DNA from: the human T2T-CHM13v2.0 reference genome, Homo sapiens
DNA length: 64,000 bases
Direction: 5' to 3' (one strand)
Assembly (NCBI RefSeq): GCF_009914755.1
Contig: NC_060928.1
Part shown: positions 12,926-26,944 of the stretch, piece after piece
Layout of the letters: the number at the start of each line of letters is the position of its first letter
Numbering within the stretch: position 1 is the stretch's first letter
Notes under the pieces: generated by a model
Told to the model about the DNA's origin: nothing
The model's input: only the letters and a program-made list of their open reading frames with translations
Databases searched by the model: none
Translations under genes and position numbers: made by a program

Positions 12926-13719
12926 GTTACTGCCACTGCCTTTATGTGATTTAAAGCTAAGTGGCTTCCTGTCCTGGGGAGCCCCTTCTCCTTCTGCCCA
13001 CCTTTTGCAGCTGGCTCTGACTTTCAGCTCCAGCTCCAGCCTGGCAAACCTCCCTGGCCTCCCCAGACCCTTGGTTTGCCAAGTCCTTATAAGCCCCATA
13101 GTCCTGGCTCTTCTATTAAGTTGATGAATACTTTCTAGATAGTTTAGAGTTACTTCAGTTAGGTTGTATGTTCCTTAAAGGTAGCTATGCATAGAGGTGC
13201 CCAGTAATTACTTATTTTGCAATATATGTGGGCCCACTGAATCCACCGACAAGCCACCCCTGATCTTGCAAAGCTGTGATCATGCTCCTAGACTCTCATA
13301 GTCACGTGGAGTCTTCACTGCAGTAGAAAGGACCACAGGGCAGGGAGTCAGAGGGACTTGATAGAGCCCTATCCTCAAGGAATCACAGCCAATGGCTAAG
13401 GAAGGAGTGGGGGCAGGGACTAAATTAGACCACCAATGGCTAGAGCACAAAGGAAACTCCAGGAGACTGACACAGAAGTTCAGGGTAGGAAGTGGGTTCC
13501 TCCAATGGGAGAACTGAGTAGTGCTTTGTAGAAGGGACTGTGTTCACATTGACCTGGGCAGGTGCTTGTGATTTCAGCTGGTGGGAGGGATGGGTGTGGA
13601 CATTCTAAGAGGGGGCAATGGTGTGGACCATGTGACAGAGTCCTGCACAGGGAATTGGGGGGTCACAGAGTCACTCACTGGGATTCTCCCGCCATGAGGA
13701 CCAGAGTCCTTCACCTAAG

Positions 13720-14260
13720 AGCCAGTGCTGTGGAGCATGGTGGATGTGAGCAGGGGCTGCAGTCGGACATCCAGGGCTCAAATGCCCACATGACCATTTG
13801 CATATGTTCACTGCCCAACTATACCTCCACACCATTGAACTCAGGAGTAGAGATGTGACTGACTTTCGACAATGAAAGGCCACTGGAAGTGATGTGTCTC
13901 TCTTGGGAAGCATGAGGTTCTCTGCGAGGCTCCTCCCCTGGGCAGTACCCCACCTGGTGGCTGCCCCATTCACCTGGACACTGGAGTAAAGATGATAGAT
14001 AGGCAGCTTGAGTGCGAGGTAGGCATGGATTGCTATCAGCCACTGAGTATGGGGATGTTTGTTACTGCAGCATCACCTAGCCCAAGCTGACTGATACAAT
14101 TGGCTTCCTATGTTACTTGAGCAATCTGTGGTTTAGCTTCCTCAACAGGAAAGAGGGGATAATGACAGCACCTACCTTTTGGGGTGGGTGTGAAGATTAA
14201 CAGGCTTCTTATAGGTAAAGCACATTGAAAAGTGCCTAGCACAAAACATACACAATATGA
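13720..14260 (+). mobile_element. MIR split by an MLT1 LTR
   Basis: 5' part gggctgcagtcggacatccagggctcaaatgcc and 3' part aggggataatgacagcacctacc...gtgaagattaa...gtgcctagcaca. Confidence 0.6.
13800..14098 (+). mobile_element. MLT1J/K-like LTR nested in MIR
   Basis: 3' end agccactgagtatggggatgtttgttactgcagcatcacctagcccaagctgactgataca. Confidence 0.7.
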
Positions 14261-14311
14261 GCATCTGCTGTTTTCTCTCACTTGTAGCCTTGATTTCCTA
14301 AGTCCAGCTGT

Positions 14312-14522
14312 AAAGTAATTTTCCAAACTGGAGTCCCATAGAACACTCGTTCTTAAGGCGCTAATAGATGTGCCATCAAAAAGACATCTGCATTTGAGAA
14401 AATACTGGGTTAAACCAAGTTAAACAGTTGCATTTAATTGCCAGACTTCTCAGAGTCTTTAATCTGCTAATGCACCACTGAATCTCCAAGAGACAGTTTC
14501 CCCTCATATTTGGCCACGAATA
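14312..14522. mobile_element. MER103-like hAT-Charlie fragment
   Basis: gggttaaaccaagttaaacag...gacttctcagagtctttaatctgctaatgcac..tgaatctccaagag. Confidence 0.65.
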
Positions 14523-16870
14523 TGTATGTGTGTGCATGTACATGTGTGTCACAGTGATTAACTTCACCCCGGGCTCTGCCCTGTGGGATGGCTTTGGAAA
14601 AGGTGGGCTTTCCAGCAATGCCTTGTGGAGTGGTCCTCTAGTGGGCACCGGGTGCTTTCTGAGTTTGGTAGGGATATTTGGGGTGAAGCCAGCACTAAAG
14701 AAGCTTGGAGGGGCATGAAGCCATAATGGAGAGGTACTTCAAAGTCACAGGGCAAGGAGCCCGGGAGAGCCCAGAGGAGCCACTTCACCCGCGCAGGGCC
14801 GCAGAGGCTGTAGAGCAGCTTTGGGAGTGGTCCAGGAGCCTGGGGGGCGGTTGGGGGTGGGTATGCCCTGCGCAGCCAAGAACCCTGGACAGGAGTGCCT
14901 TTAACGTGCAGGGGCTGGGGGCACTGGGCCAGCTCAGGGTCCAGAGTCAGAGGGGCAGACAGCCAGGACAGATGCGGGAGAGGAAGGCCACAAAGGTGGG
15001 CTGCTCTTCTGAACAAGTCCCTGGGTAGTGAGGCAGAGAGGAGAGGCAGTGACTGGGGACAGCGGCAGGGCCCAGGAGACGGGAGAACCGAGAACCGAGG
15101 CCTTCTGCAGGTGAAGGAGAAGGAGTGTCAGGTGGACTGGGGCCCTGCGGCACATGGAGTCCTGTCTGGGAGACGGGACGGAAGGACCGGTGTGCGGGCA
15201 GGGATGTTATGCGTGCAGAAGTTCTTGGAGGCAGCGGGCTGGTGGGGCAGAGTCAGGGTGGGGTGTCCACCTCTGGGGACTGGTCCTGACTCTGCTGCCC
15301 AGAACTTAGGCCGCTGGACTCTCAGAAGCCTGGATTTCCCTTCCTCTTGGCAAGGCCCCCGGGCCATGGTTAATTGGATCTGAGAATTTGGTGTGGCTGT
15401 TTACAGAAAGCTTTTTGTCCTTAGGACAGGATGGAAATTGGATTTCGTGTTCCTGGCTGGGAGATGCTCCCCAATTCCCGTCTCTCATCCTGCTCTGTGG
15501 GGGTCTCAGACAGCTGCTTCGGCTCTCGACAGATGATAAATTATGCATCCACTTAATGCCTGCTCGGGCCAGCTCCATGCCAGTGTGCAAGTAGTCCAAA
15601 TCTCTGGTCTCTAGACACATCCATTTCGCTTGCATGAGCCTCTGGGCTCCTGCCTGGCCAGAGCCTGGCGGTGACTGGAGAATTTTCCTGATCAGTTGCC
15701 TGGGCTTGGGTTGTGGTTGCTGGTTGTGCAGGTGGGTCTGTGGGCACCGCCCCCCAGCACAGCTCAGACCTTAGGGGCTGAGCTACCAGACGGGGCCTTG
15801 GGTGAGTGATGGATGGCTTTGTGAATCACTCATAAACATTTACTTTCACAGAAATGTGTAACAGTCACTGGACACCTAGCCTTGGCAAAGACGGTTTCAA
15901 ATGTGCTGGTCAGAGTTTTGGAGACCATTCCAACTTCGTGTGGGACTCTTGGACTCCTTATCCTATGACCACTCTCTTCTCTCCCACTCCAAAACTGAGG
16001 AGTCTGCCTCCTTCAGGAAGCCCTCAGGGATTCCTCTCTCCTCCTCCCAACTTTCACCACTGGGGCCACTCACTGACTCAGATACAGGGTGCCCAGGGAT
16101 GAGCTTTTGTTCCTAATCACAAGACTCTCCCAAAGGTTGTGGGGACCTCCTCCTGGGCACTGACTTCTTCTCCATCTCTCCAGAAACTCTTCCTGAGCCA
16201 AGAGAGGCAGAGAGGGAGGCATTCAGGGAGAGCAGGGGCTTGAACGAACAGGAAAAATCGAGAGAAGGGGAAAGAACAGGGCTCCCCAGGCTGCCTGACA
16301 GGCCGGGCCCAGGCCAAGCGATCTCCAGGGTCTTTAAGGATATCTGGCAAAGTGCATTCCATCACTCCACCCAGAAAGAGAAACGGAGGCTCGTGGGAGG
16401 GGATTTCATGGTTCAGCAGCAGCAGGATGAGGATCCATGCTCCAGGGACACCCAGAGGTGAAGGAGCCTCCAGGACACCTCTGCTCTGGCCCACACGGCC
16501 AGACATGGGTTTGAGCCTCATCCATCCATACACCGGGCCCTTTGTGCACCAGGCCTCACCTTCCAGGTGCAGACAGTGAGGCACGGAGTGAACAGTGACG
16601 CAGCTCAGGGAAAAGCATCATGGCGGGGACACTCCGGCCTCCACTCCACCACCCGCACACCTGGCCCCCAGACCCTCGCTGACGCAGGCCACTCGCGTGC
16701 CTGTGTACCGTGCAAGGGCCTCGTGGGTGACTCAGAATTATGCAGATGTGAAGCTATGTTATTAATATGATTAGCCTTACTTTGTGAGCAGAGCTTAAAA
16801 TCATCGAGCTTGGCGGCAAGTTGCTTTGCCTCCCTGACCTCAGGCTCTTCCTCTAAAGATTAGGTTTTCA

Positions 16871-17221
<351 letters not shown>

Positions 17222-17689
17222 TTAGAAGGATGTGGAGCCCCATATGGAAATGGGAAAGATGGATGTAGGTGCTTCAGTTTATGCCCCAGTCCAGGTGCAG
17301 GGGGCAGGAGGAGAGGACGCCACCACCTGCTCCTGAAGATGTCACAGTCTCAGGCGAAGCAAGTCAGGGAACATTGGAGACGATGCCAGGCTCAACCCTG
17401 GGTTCCCAGTTCTGCCGTGAGGGCAAGAGGGATTCAGATGGGCTTGGGTTCACGGAATGGCCACAGCTCCGCCAGCCGCTCAGTACAGTGATTCCTCCCA
17501 CATGTCACGCCAGCAAGAAGGGGATCTATTGATAGAGTGGCTTTAGGCCCCTCATTCACGCATGCAATGCCCTTCTGCAGCATGCAGAGCCCTGGCTGGG
17601 GGTTCCACAGGGAGGGGCCGATGTCCGTGCCCACAGGGAGCTCAGGTCTGGTCTACCACAGTGGAGCAGCTTAGAAAGATGTGCATATT

Positions 17690-17865
17690 CACATTATACA
17701 CTAAAATGGAAAACATCACATTAAAATTAAACATACTAAAACTAAAAGTTTATTTTAGTCTTCTGACTTCTAAGAAATTCGAACATTTTCCTGAGCCCCT
17801 GAAACTTCTGTGGACCTCAGGTAGGCACTGTGCTGCTGGTGGGCCATGCAGGTGCATCAGGGCAG
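17690..17865 (-). mobile_element. hAT-Tip100 (Arthur1-like) terminal fragment
   Basis: AT-rich block, then aacattttcctgagcccctgaaacttctgtggacc..taggcactgtgc. Confidence 0.4.
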
Positions 17866-18369
17866 GTAGCCCCAACAGAGGGTGGGGCCGTGCCCTCCCT
17901 TCCCTGAACATGACCCTGTGGAGGGGCCGAGAGGCAGAGGCAGGGCACTGGAGTGGAGAGTGGGAGTTGATTTCCATCTGAATGGAAAGCCTGCCTTCCC
18001 CAGGCTCCATCATCTTCCCTACGCTGATTTATTCCTATCAGTAGTTGGTCGGCAACAGGCTGCCGGCCGCCCGTGAAAATTAATTGCTAGGGAAAGAGCC
18101 GGTCAAAAACAATGACCAGGCATTGGAGCTGCCTGGTGCCTGAAGCCGGTAGCTGGTGAATGAGCGATGAACGACACATGTCACCCTTTGCCTGGAGGTG
18201 ACGACTCAAAACTGTGATCCAGGAATTACGCACAGGTGACTTTGCTCATCCTCACAAGGATCCTACAAGGAGCTGATGTCATCGTGTCTGGTTTCCATTG
18301 GGTCCTCCCATTGGGTCCCTGGATGGGCCCCGTGTGCCGAGTTCCAGGTCCTGAGGACAGCCCTGTGCT

Positions 18370-18510
18370 GCTGCTTATCCCAACAGCACTGTAGTGAGGT
18401 CGGCACCTCCTCCTTTAAGCAGATGAGGAAACCAAGGCCCAGAGAGGTTGAGCCACTTGCCAGAGGACCCATAGCTAAAGTGGCCAACCCAGCCCTAAGA
18501 CAGTCTCACC
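18370..18510 (-). mobile_element. MIR
   Basis: cagatgaggaaaccaaggcccagagaggttgagccacttgcc. Confidence 0.75.
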
Positions 18511-18681
18511 CCAAACTCTGTTCTCGATCTTTGAATTCTGATGTAGCCAGACATGGGGCAGGGTGGAGGTCTGGGACAACGTTGCCTGCCAACTCCTCCC
18601 AGGATCGAGACCCTGCTCAGCACAGGTACTGTGGTAGCTGGAAGCTGGGCCCTGCCGGCCCCTGAGTTCCCGACTGGACAA

Positions 18682-18871
18682 TGGGCGGGCCAGAGTTAGC
18701 AGATAAAAATCCGGGGTACCCAGCTATACGTCAATTTCAAATAAACAATGTCTACATTTCTGGTATAAATACATCCCATGCAATATTAAGAAATACTTAT
18801 TCTAAAGATTACTCATTGCCCATCTCATACTAAAGTTTAACTGGGCATCCCTTATTTTCTCTGGCAACCGT
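18682..18871. mobile_element. MER53 palindromic hAT MITE
   Basis: gccagagttagcagataaaaat...cccatgcaatatt...tttaactgggcatcccttattttctctggcaacc follows the MER53 consensus end to end. Confidence 0.85.
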
Positions 18872-20694
18872 AGCAAGGGCAGCGGAGAAGGCTTTCTGTG
18901 AAGCCCCCCCACTTTGGAGAGCTGCTTAACATTCCCCAGCAGAGCGGAAGTGCCCCACATCCCCATGCTCCTCCCAGGCCCCAAGCTGACTGGCCTGTCA
19001 ATGGAGCAGATGGTGGTGAAGAGCCCTCTCTCCCAGAGCCCTGGAGTCTGAGTCTGCCGCATGGTTCTTCCCATTTCTGTGTCATCTCTTAACCCTGGGG
19101 CACCCCAAGGAGGATGGGATGTGTTGTTCCTCTTATTCTTACTCTCCTTTTTTTGTAGATAAGGACACCAAAGCTCAGAGCAGGGGGGCGCCTCACCCAG
19201 CATCACCCTGCAGGGGCGGGCCGCGGGCACGCCCCAATGCTGAGGCCTCTGTGACGCGCTCCCTGGCCCCCCGAGCCTGGAGAAGCGTGAGTCTGCTGCA
19301 TACTCCCTGACCCCTGGCTTTCTGGGGTCCCAGGAGCCCCAGGTGAAGGCCCCTCCCTGCCTGCTGTGAGGCTGGGCCTCTCTCCGAGTCACACCTGCCA
19401 CTCCTTTGTGCTTCAACAATAAACAAGCCTCTGACGGGGGTGGTAGAACTCCACGGGAGAAGAACATACGAAAACAGCGGTAAAGGTGGCAAAGGACCCA
19501 TGGCAGGCACTTAGTCTTACCAAATAGACGCCCACAGGCAGTAATAGAATAAGGGCCCCCTCTGCATTCCTCCCAGGCCTTTTCAAAGCAGCACCTTTGT
19601 CCTGGACTCTGGGGCAGGGGAGGCATGGACCACTGATGCCTTCTCTCCTAGACAGCTGTAGCCTGAAGCCATTTGCAAGCCACATTCTGTCTCACCCCTA
19701 ACTTGTGAGCACCAACTGCATGCTCAGAACTTGGCCCACCCAGGATCTTTTAATCCAAGGCTGACCCCTGGGGGAGGGGCTGGAGAGGGCGTCACAGGTC
19801 CCAGTCCTTATCCTCAAAGCTTTGACCACTTCAAGTATGTCTTCTTGGTGTTTTTCTTTAATAACTCATTTGGTGACAAAACCTGGCCTGATGATTGATC
19901 TCTATTTCTTGGATGTTGTTTGGCTGCAGAGCAGTGGATTCATTTGAATGGGACGGTCTGGCCCAGCCCCCTATGGGTGTGGTGAAATACACAGAACAGG
20001 CACCACGTGGCTTTGTCAAGGCTGAATTCTGAAGCCCACTGGCTTCCGGGGCCTCTCGTAAGGGTCCTGGACTTGTGGCTGTCCCCACCCCCGCGTTGAG
20101 GAAGCTGAGCTGAACAGCAGCCACAGAGAGTCCTGTTAGCTTGGGAGGCTGGGGACACCGGGGACTGGACATGCCTGGTCTGGCGGGACAGTGGCAGCAC
20201 TGGGTGGCAAGGGCTGATTCAGGGTGGGGGGCTCGGGGGTCTCCTCTGAGGGTCGGCCAAGGCTGGGAGGTGGAGCAGGACCGAGGGCTCAAGTCTGGGC
20301 TGGTCAGGATTCCTTTGATGAAGGGGTTGACCATGATTAGGATGAAAACAGGAGGAGGGCAGTGGCCCCCGGACTGAGGGTCCCCCCATGTTGGGGCTTC
20401 CTGTGGCCACACGGCAGATGCTCTAGAGACTCTGAACTGTTTCACGCACGCCCCGTCCCAGAGTGCAGCCTCCAGACAGCCAGCCCCGCCTCCCCTGCTC
20501 GAGGGCGGCCTTGTGCCGGAAAGCCCACAGCCCTGTGCGCACCGAGCAGGGTGTGCCCAGGACGTGGCCCTCCTCCCCCAGCCCCCCACCCGGCAGCCCG
20601 GACGATAGGAGCCCTGCAAATGCCCCAGCTCCCTCCCTGACCCCGTCAGGGCACTTGGGGATGGGCACTGCAGTCTCTCCAAAGTTGCTCTCTG

Positions 20695-20850
20695 TGAGAC
20701 CAGTGCGTTCACCCAGGACCCCTCCCTTCGCTCAGAGGGGCCCCGTTCTGGGGGTTTATGCTTTTAGGTCTCCGCCTTGAAATTCCTAACGATTTTATCT
20801 TTGACTTTGTGTTTGTGAATGACGTCCCATAGAGAGTTTGGAGCTTTGGT
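20695..20850 (+). mobile_element. MER91/Zaphod-like hAT-Tip100 fragment
   Basis: cgctcagaggggccccg...ccgccttgaaattcctaacgattttatctttga. Confidence 0.6.
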
Positions 20851-21517
20851 TCATGGGCGATCCCGCCTCCCACCCCTCCCGCACTCTCAGGTGGGCTCTC
20901 AGCTGCCCACTCTCCTGCCCCACCAGTGACTGCTGTCACCCTCCACCCCTGAGAGGGGCTGTGCAGGTGTGGGGAGGGTCTCGGGCTTGGTTGTTCACAC
21001 CCTTTCGGGGGCTCCTGCCCGCCATGCCCTCCTGGGTTTCCTGGGAGCTCGCCCTGAAGTCACCCTTGTCTCAGGTCCACTTCTGTGACTCCTGGCCTGA
21101 GACAGCCCCCACCTTGTACATCCCACTGCCAGGTGTGTGTCCCTGCAGACCCCTCACCAGAGATGCCTCCTCCTCTTCCTGTTTATCCAAATGCTCCTGA
21201 CCCCCCTCCATCTCCCCTCATCCCCCGCCCCTCCACCAGCTGACTCCTGCTCACTCTTCCAGTCTCCACTGCAAACATCTCCTCCTGGAACCCTCTGAAA
21301 CCTCTTCTGGTCTAATGTCCACCTCACACTTTTCCTGGCTGACAGTTCTCCTGGCCTCTGTGACGTGGGCCCTTCTCCTTGTTCGTGAGGAAACGCACTC
21401 CCTTGGTGCTGTGGAATGACTTGTGTCCCCACAAAAGCCTCATGTGGAAGTCCTGGCCCTCTGGACCTCAGAATAGGACTGTAGGCAGATATGGGGCCTT
21501 TAGAGAAGTAACTAAAG

Positions 21518-21820
<303 letters not shown>

Positions 21821-22014
21821 GAAATTAAGGTAAAGTAAGGTCATGAGGGTGGCCCTAACCCCGTGTGACTGCAGACCTCATGAGAAGAGGTGATGGAGAC
21901 ACAGACAGGAACACCCCATGAGGTTGCAAGGAGAGAGTGGCCATCTCCAAGCCAAGGAGAGGCCTCGGGAGACACCAAGCCTTGACTCTTGAGCCTGGAG
22001 CCTTGGTGACATCC

Positions 22015-22443
22015 TGCAGTGGTTTAGATAGGGTTGGCTTGACCCTGCCAAGTCTCCTGTTGAAATGTGATCCCGATGTTGGAGGTGGGGCCTGGTGGGA
22101 GGTGTTTGGGTCACGGAGGCGGATCCCTCATGAATATCTTGGTGTCTTCCTCGCAGTCAGGAGTGAGTTCTCACTGTGTTAGCTCCTGTGAGAGCTGGCT
22201 GTTGGAAAGAGCCTGGCACCTCCCCACTCGCTGGCTTCTGTTTCACCATGTGAGGTCTGCACAGGTAGCTCCTCTCCCACTGCCGCCATTGGGGGAAGCT
22301 TCCTGAGGCCTCCCAGAAGCCGAGCAGATACTGGCTCCATGCTTCTTGTACAGTCTACAGAACTGGGAGCCAAATGAACCTGTTTTTTTTATCAATTACC
22401 CAATCTCAGGAGTCCTTTACAGCAACACAGGTGAACTATGACA
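22015..22443 (+). mobile_element. MSTB1-like solo LTR
   Basis: gttgaaatgtgatcccgatgttggaggtggggcctggtgggaggtgtttgggtca...aagcttcctgaggcctccc...aattacccaatctcagg. Confidence 0.9.
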
Positions 22444-22709
22444 CACCTTGACCTTGGACTCCCAGCCTTCAAGACTGTGAGGTCATCAGTTTCTGTTGTT
22501 TAAGCCCCTGGTCTTCGCTAGTTTGTTATGGTGGCCCCAGGCAGATGGATCCGTTTGGCAACTGGGCCTGTCTGCCTGAGGCCTGTTGAAAGCTCCTTCC
22601 CTGCGATGCCCCAGGACTGGTCATTGATAGCCTTTGCCAATGGCAGGAAATAAACAAGGAGAAGGATGCCCCTCCTGCAGGTTTCCCTGCGGCCCTCATC
22701 TCCTTGTCT

Positions 22710-23525
<816 letters not shown>

Positions 23526-23584
23526 GCGTGGTCCTGACTCTGGCCTCAGGGCCAATGAAACCCATTCCGCATGCCCCATGATAG

Positions 23585-23925
23585 TCCTCCAGAAATCTGC
23601 AGACAGTTCCTAGGTCCCCAGAGTCTGTTCTCTCAGTGAAACAGCTCTGATTCCTTCAGACATTTCTCTAAGGACCCAGTTTCAGACTGGCTTTCCAACC
23701 CCATCATTGCTAATAAGCCCACTCTAATCGGCCGAGGCACAGATTACCTAAAGGGACCCAGAACCAACCACAACGCTGCAAAGAATGGTATGATCAACCC
23801 CTAGTGCAGCTGAATGATCGCCTCCATTATTCTGGACACTTTGCTCCTATTAATGTAACTGAAGATTAAGTTTTCTTTCTAACCAACCTGACCCTGTCAT
23901 CTGCTCAAATGAAGCTCGTATCAAT
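23585..23925 (-). mobile_element. L3/CR1 fragment
   Basis: ggacccagaaccaaccacaac...tgatcgcctccattattctggacactttgctcctattaatgtaactgaagatt resembles L3. Confidence 0.65.
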
Positions 23926-23934
23926 TATGGTGTC

Positions 23935-24061
23935 TCCTTCCTTCCTTCTTTCCTTCCTTCCTTCCTTCCTTCCTTCCTTCCTTCCTCCCTCCCTTCCTTC
24001 CTCCTCCCTCCCTCCCTCCTCCCTCTCTCTCTCTCTCCCTCTCTCTCTCTTTCCCTCTTTC

Positions 24062-24068
<7 letters not shown>
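23935..24068. repeat. Compound (CCTT)n/(CCCT)n/(CT)n microsatellite grown from an Alu tail
   Basis: Pure pyrimidine run abutting the antisense Alu. Confidence 0.95.
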
Positions 24069-24352
<284 letters not shown>

Positions 24353-25542
24353 ACTGGTTTCTTTTTAAACAAGCACTTTCCACGTTTTCCTTGGGAACAC
24401 ATATACAGGTTGCCAACAGAGAATTCCAGGATCCAATGCAAGGGGGTCACTGGGTGGCCCAGGGCAAAACATTTCCCTCTGGCAGCAGGGAGGTGCTAAT
24501 GAGCGAGTGGGAAGATAACAGATTTATGCTTTCGAAAAATTTCCTCCAAATAAAACCTGCTGCAACCAGGGACCATGAAATTTGTCACACATAACATGAT
24601 ATATTTTTTAAACAATTCCAGGTTTTAAAAAATTCACTGATTTTCTGTCACCCACCTCAAAAATACAAAAGAAAAAAATACATATTTCATCATTTCTTAA
24701 AAATTCAAAATGATTTCTCTTCCAGTATTTGAATCAACACCCCCCAATTCAAATGTGGCGTTTCTGAGAACGTCTAATTCATTTAACTATTTTTCAACTC
24801 GGAGGAATGAATTGTCAGTCACACGCTATTTCGAGAACAAAAGGTTCTGTGGAAGACCCGTTCTGAGGAAGCTCTGAGCCCTGCAGGCAGGGACAAAACC
24901 CCTGGAAGCTGAGCTCAGGCACGAGGAGGGTCCTCTGCACTGGGCAACTAGCGCCGAGAGATTAGCCACTAATCAGATTGACCCCTCCAGGACCCGACAT
25001 CTCCCCCACAGAGACCAACAAGTCTTCACAAATTTGAGAAAAACAAAAGAAGAATGTTTATCATAAAGATCTGGGCTCACCACCCCCTGGGATGGCTTCA
25101 TTTCATTTTGAAATCACAAAACCTGCAGCTACTTAGGAGTAAAACAAAGAAAGGACATATTTCTTAAGGGGAAAAGCATGTAGGATTAATCTCAGAGCTT
25201 TAAGAGCCGAAGGTTCAGAGTGGATTTGAGTGGTTGCAGCATATGCCGTGTTCCGCGTGAGAAATACTGATGTGACTGCACAAGTAGCTTTCCTTGGCAT
25301 TTTAATGTATTATATAAGCACATTTATATAAATGTTTTCCTGGGTTGGATAAATAGTGCTTTTCTATTTAAATTTAATCTGGGTCCTTGAGAATGAATTT
25401 CACTGATCTTTTTGTAACCCTGGAGATTTACCCTTGATGCAGATTTCAAACGTGAAATGGAATGTTGCTGAGTTCATTGGTTCTGGCACTCGCGGTGGTG
25501 TCTGGTATGGAGGAGACCCCCAGGAAGAAGAATGAGTGGGCA

Positions 25543-25670
25543 GGTGAATGTTGGAGGTGACAGATAGCCTAATTACCCTGATTTGATCATTACACTGTAT
25601 ACATGTATCAAAATATCACATGCACTCCCAAAATATGTACAACTCTTGTATTATATAGCAATAAAAAAAT
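25543..25670 (+). mobile_element. L1MA 3' end
   Basis: ggaggtgacagatagcctaattaccctgatttgatcattacac...aaaatatcacatg...aataaaaaaa. Confidence 0.85.
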
Positions 25671-25689
25671 ATCCCCCCAAATGATGGCA

Positions 25690-26920
25690 GGTTCATTCCA
25701 CAGATGCTTACTCAGCGTATCTACGTGCCTATCTGTTCTAGGCATGAGGAATACAGCAGACAACCAAGGTGCCAAGACCCACACCCAGGAGCTTCCATTC
25801 CACTGGGAGAGAGTGACGATAAACCGGAAGCACATGTGCCAGGTGGTGCTAAGAGTTAAGGAGGAAATGAATGTAGAGCTAGTGTGGTAGAGAGACCGTG
25901 GGGGTTTTTCGTTCTACATGTGGGGTCAGGGAAGGTCCCTTCCCCAGAAAGGGGCACTGGAGCAGACCCAGGAGAGCTTGGGCAGCACCTCCCCTCGGAG
26001 GCGGCAGCACCCGGGGCTGCAGCATGTGATGCAGTCAGGGCATAGCGCAGAGGCGTGCGGTGCGGTCCCGGCATAGCGCAGAAGTGTGCGGTGCAGTTTG
26101 GGCATAGCACAGAGGTGTGTGGTGTGGTCAGGGCATAGCGCAGAGGCGTGCGGTGCTGTCAGGGCACAGCGCAGAAGTGGGCGGTGCTGTCCGGGCATAG
26201 CACAGAGGCGTGCGGTGCCATCAGGGCGCAGCGCAGAGGCGTCCGGTGCGGTCCGGGCACAGCGCAGAGGCGTCCGGTGCGGTCCGGGCGTAGCGCAGAG
26301 GCGTGCGGTGCAGTCCGGGTATAGCACAGAGTTGTGAACCAGAGGAGGGGACGAAGAGTCAGGAGGTCAGATCCTTTGGGCCTCGGAGGCTGTGGAGGGA
26401 CTTTGGATTTGACTCCGAGTGGCTCAGAGCTCACTGGAAGGTTCTGAGCAGAAGAGGGACGAGTTCTGCCTTCTGTTGCGGAGGTGTCCCTGGTGCTGTG
26501 TAGGGAAGAGCTGGTAAGGGCAAGACCAGGGCACCAGGGAGAAGCAGATGCTCAAGGGTGGTGGCGCAGACCAGGCTGGGCTCTGGATGGCAGCTGAAGG
26601 GAGAGCTGACGGGATTCACCAGCCATTTGGAAGCCGGCAGAGACCGAGAGGGAGACGGAGAGGGAGGAATCAGGACTGGCCCCGAGAGGTAGAAGCATGG
26701 ATTGGCCAGCAGCCGAGACGGGGAAGACTAGAACAGGCTTTGAGCTGGGAAGTAAAAGGTTTGGCTTTTATGTGATGCCTGTTAGGCCATCAAGTGGAGA
26801 TCGCTGATATATAAGCCTGGTCTTCCAGGGCGATGTTGGGGCTGGAGGTGCAGATCCACGCGCCATCAGCAGAGGGGTGGAATTGACAAGCCTATGAGCC
26901 TGGACCAGGGAGTGCGGGAG
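25690..26920 (-). mobile_element. L2, split by a 31-bp minisatellite
   Basis: ttcattccacagatgcttactcagc...ggagcttccattccactgggaga...ggactttggatttgactccgagt...ggccatcaagtggagat...ccatcagcagagggg. Confidence 0.75.
26022..26331. repeat. CpG-rich 31-bp minisatellite, ~10 units
   Basis: Unit catagcgcagaggcgtgcggtgcggtccggg recurs at 26041, 26072, 26103, 26134 ... 26320. Confidence 0.95.
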
Positions 26921-26944
26921 GCGTGGGTGGACAGCCAGCCAAGA

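Noticed and set aside
13389-13506. Three CCAAT words suggesting an NF-Y promoter
   Set aside because: No CpG island or other promoter context, and the region may be decayed L2.
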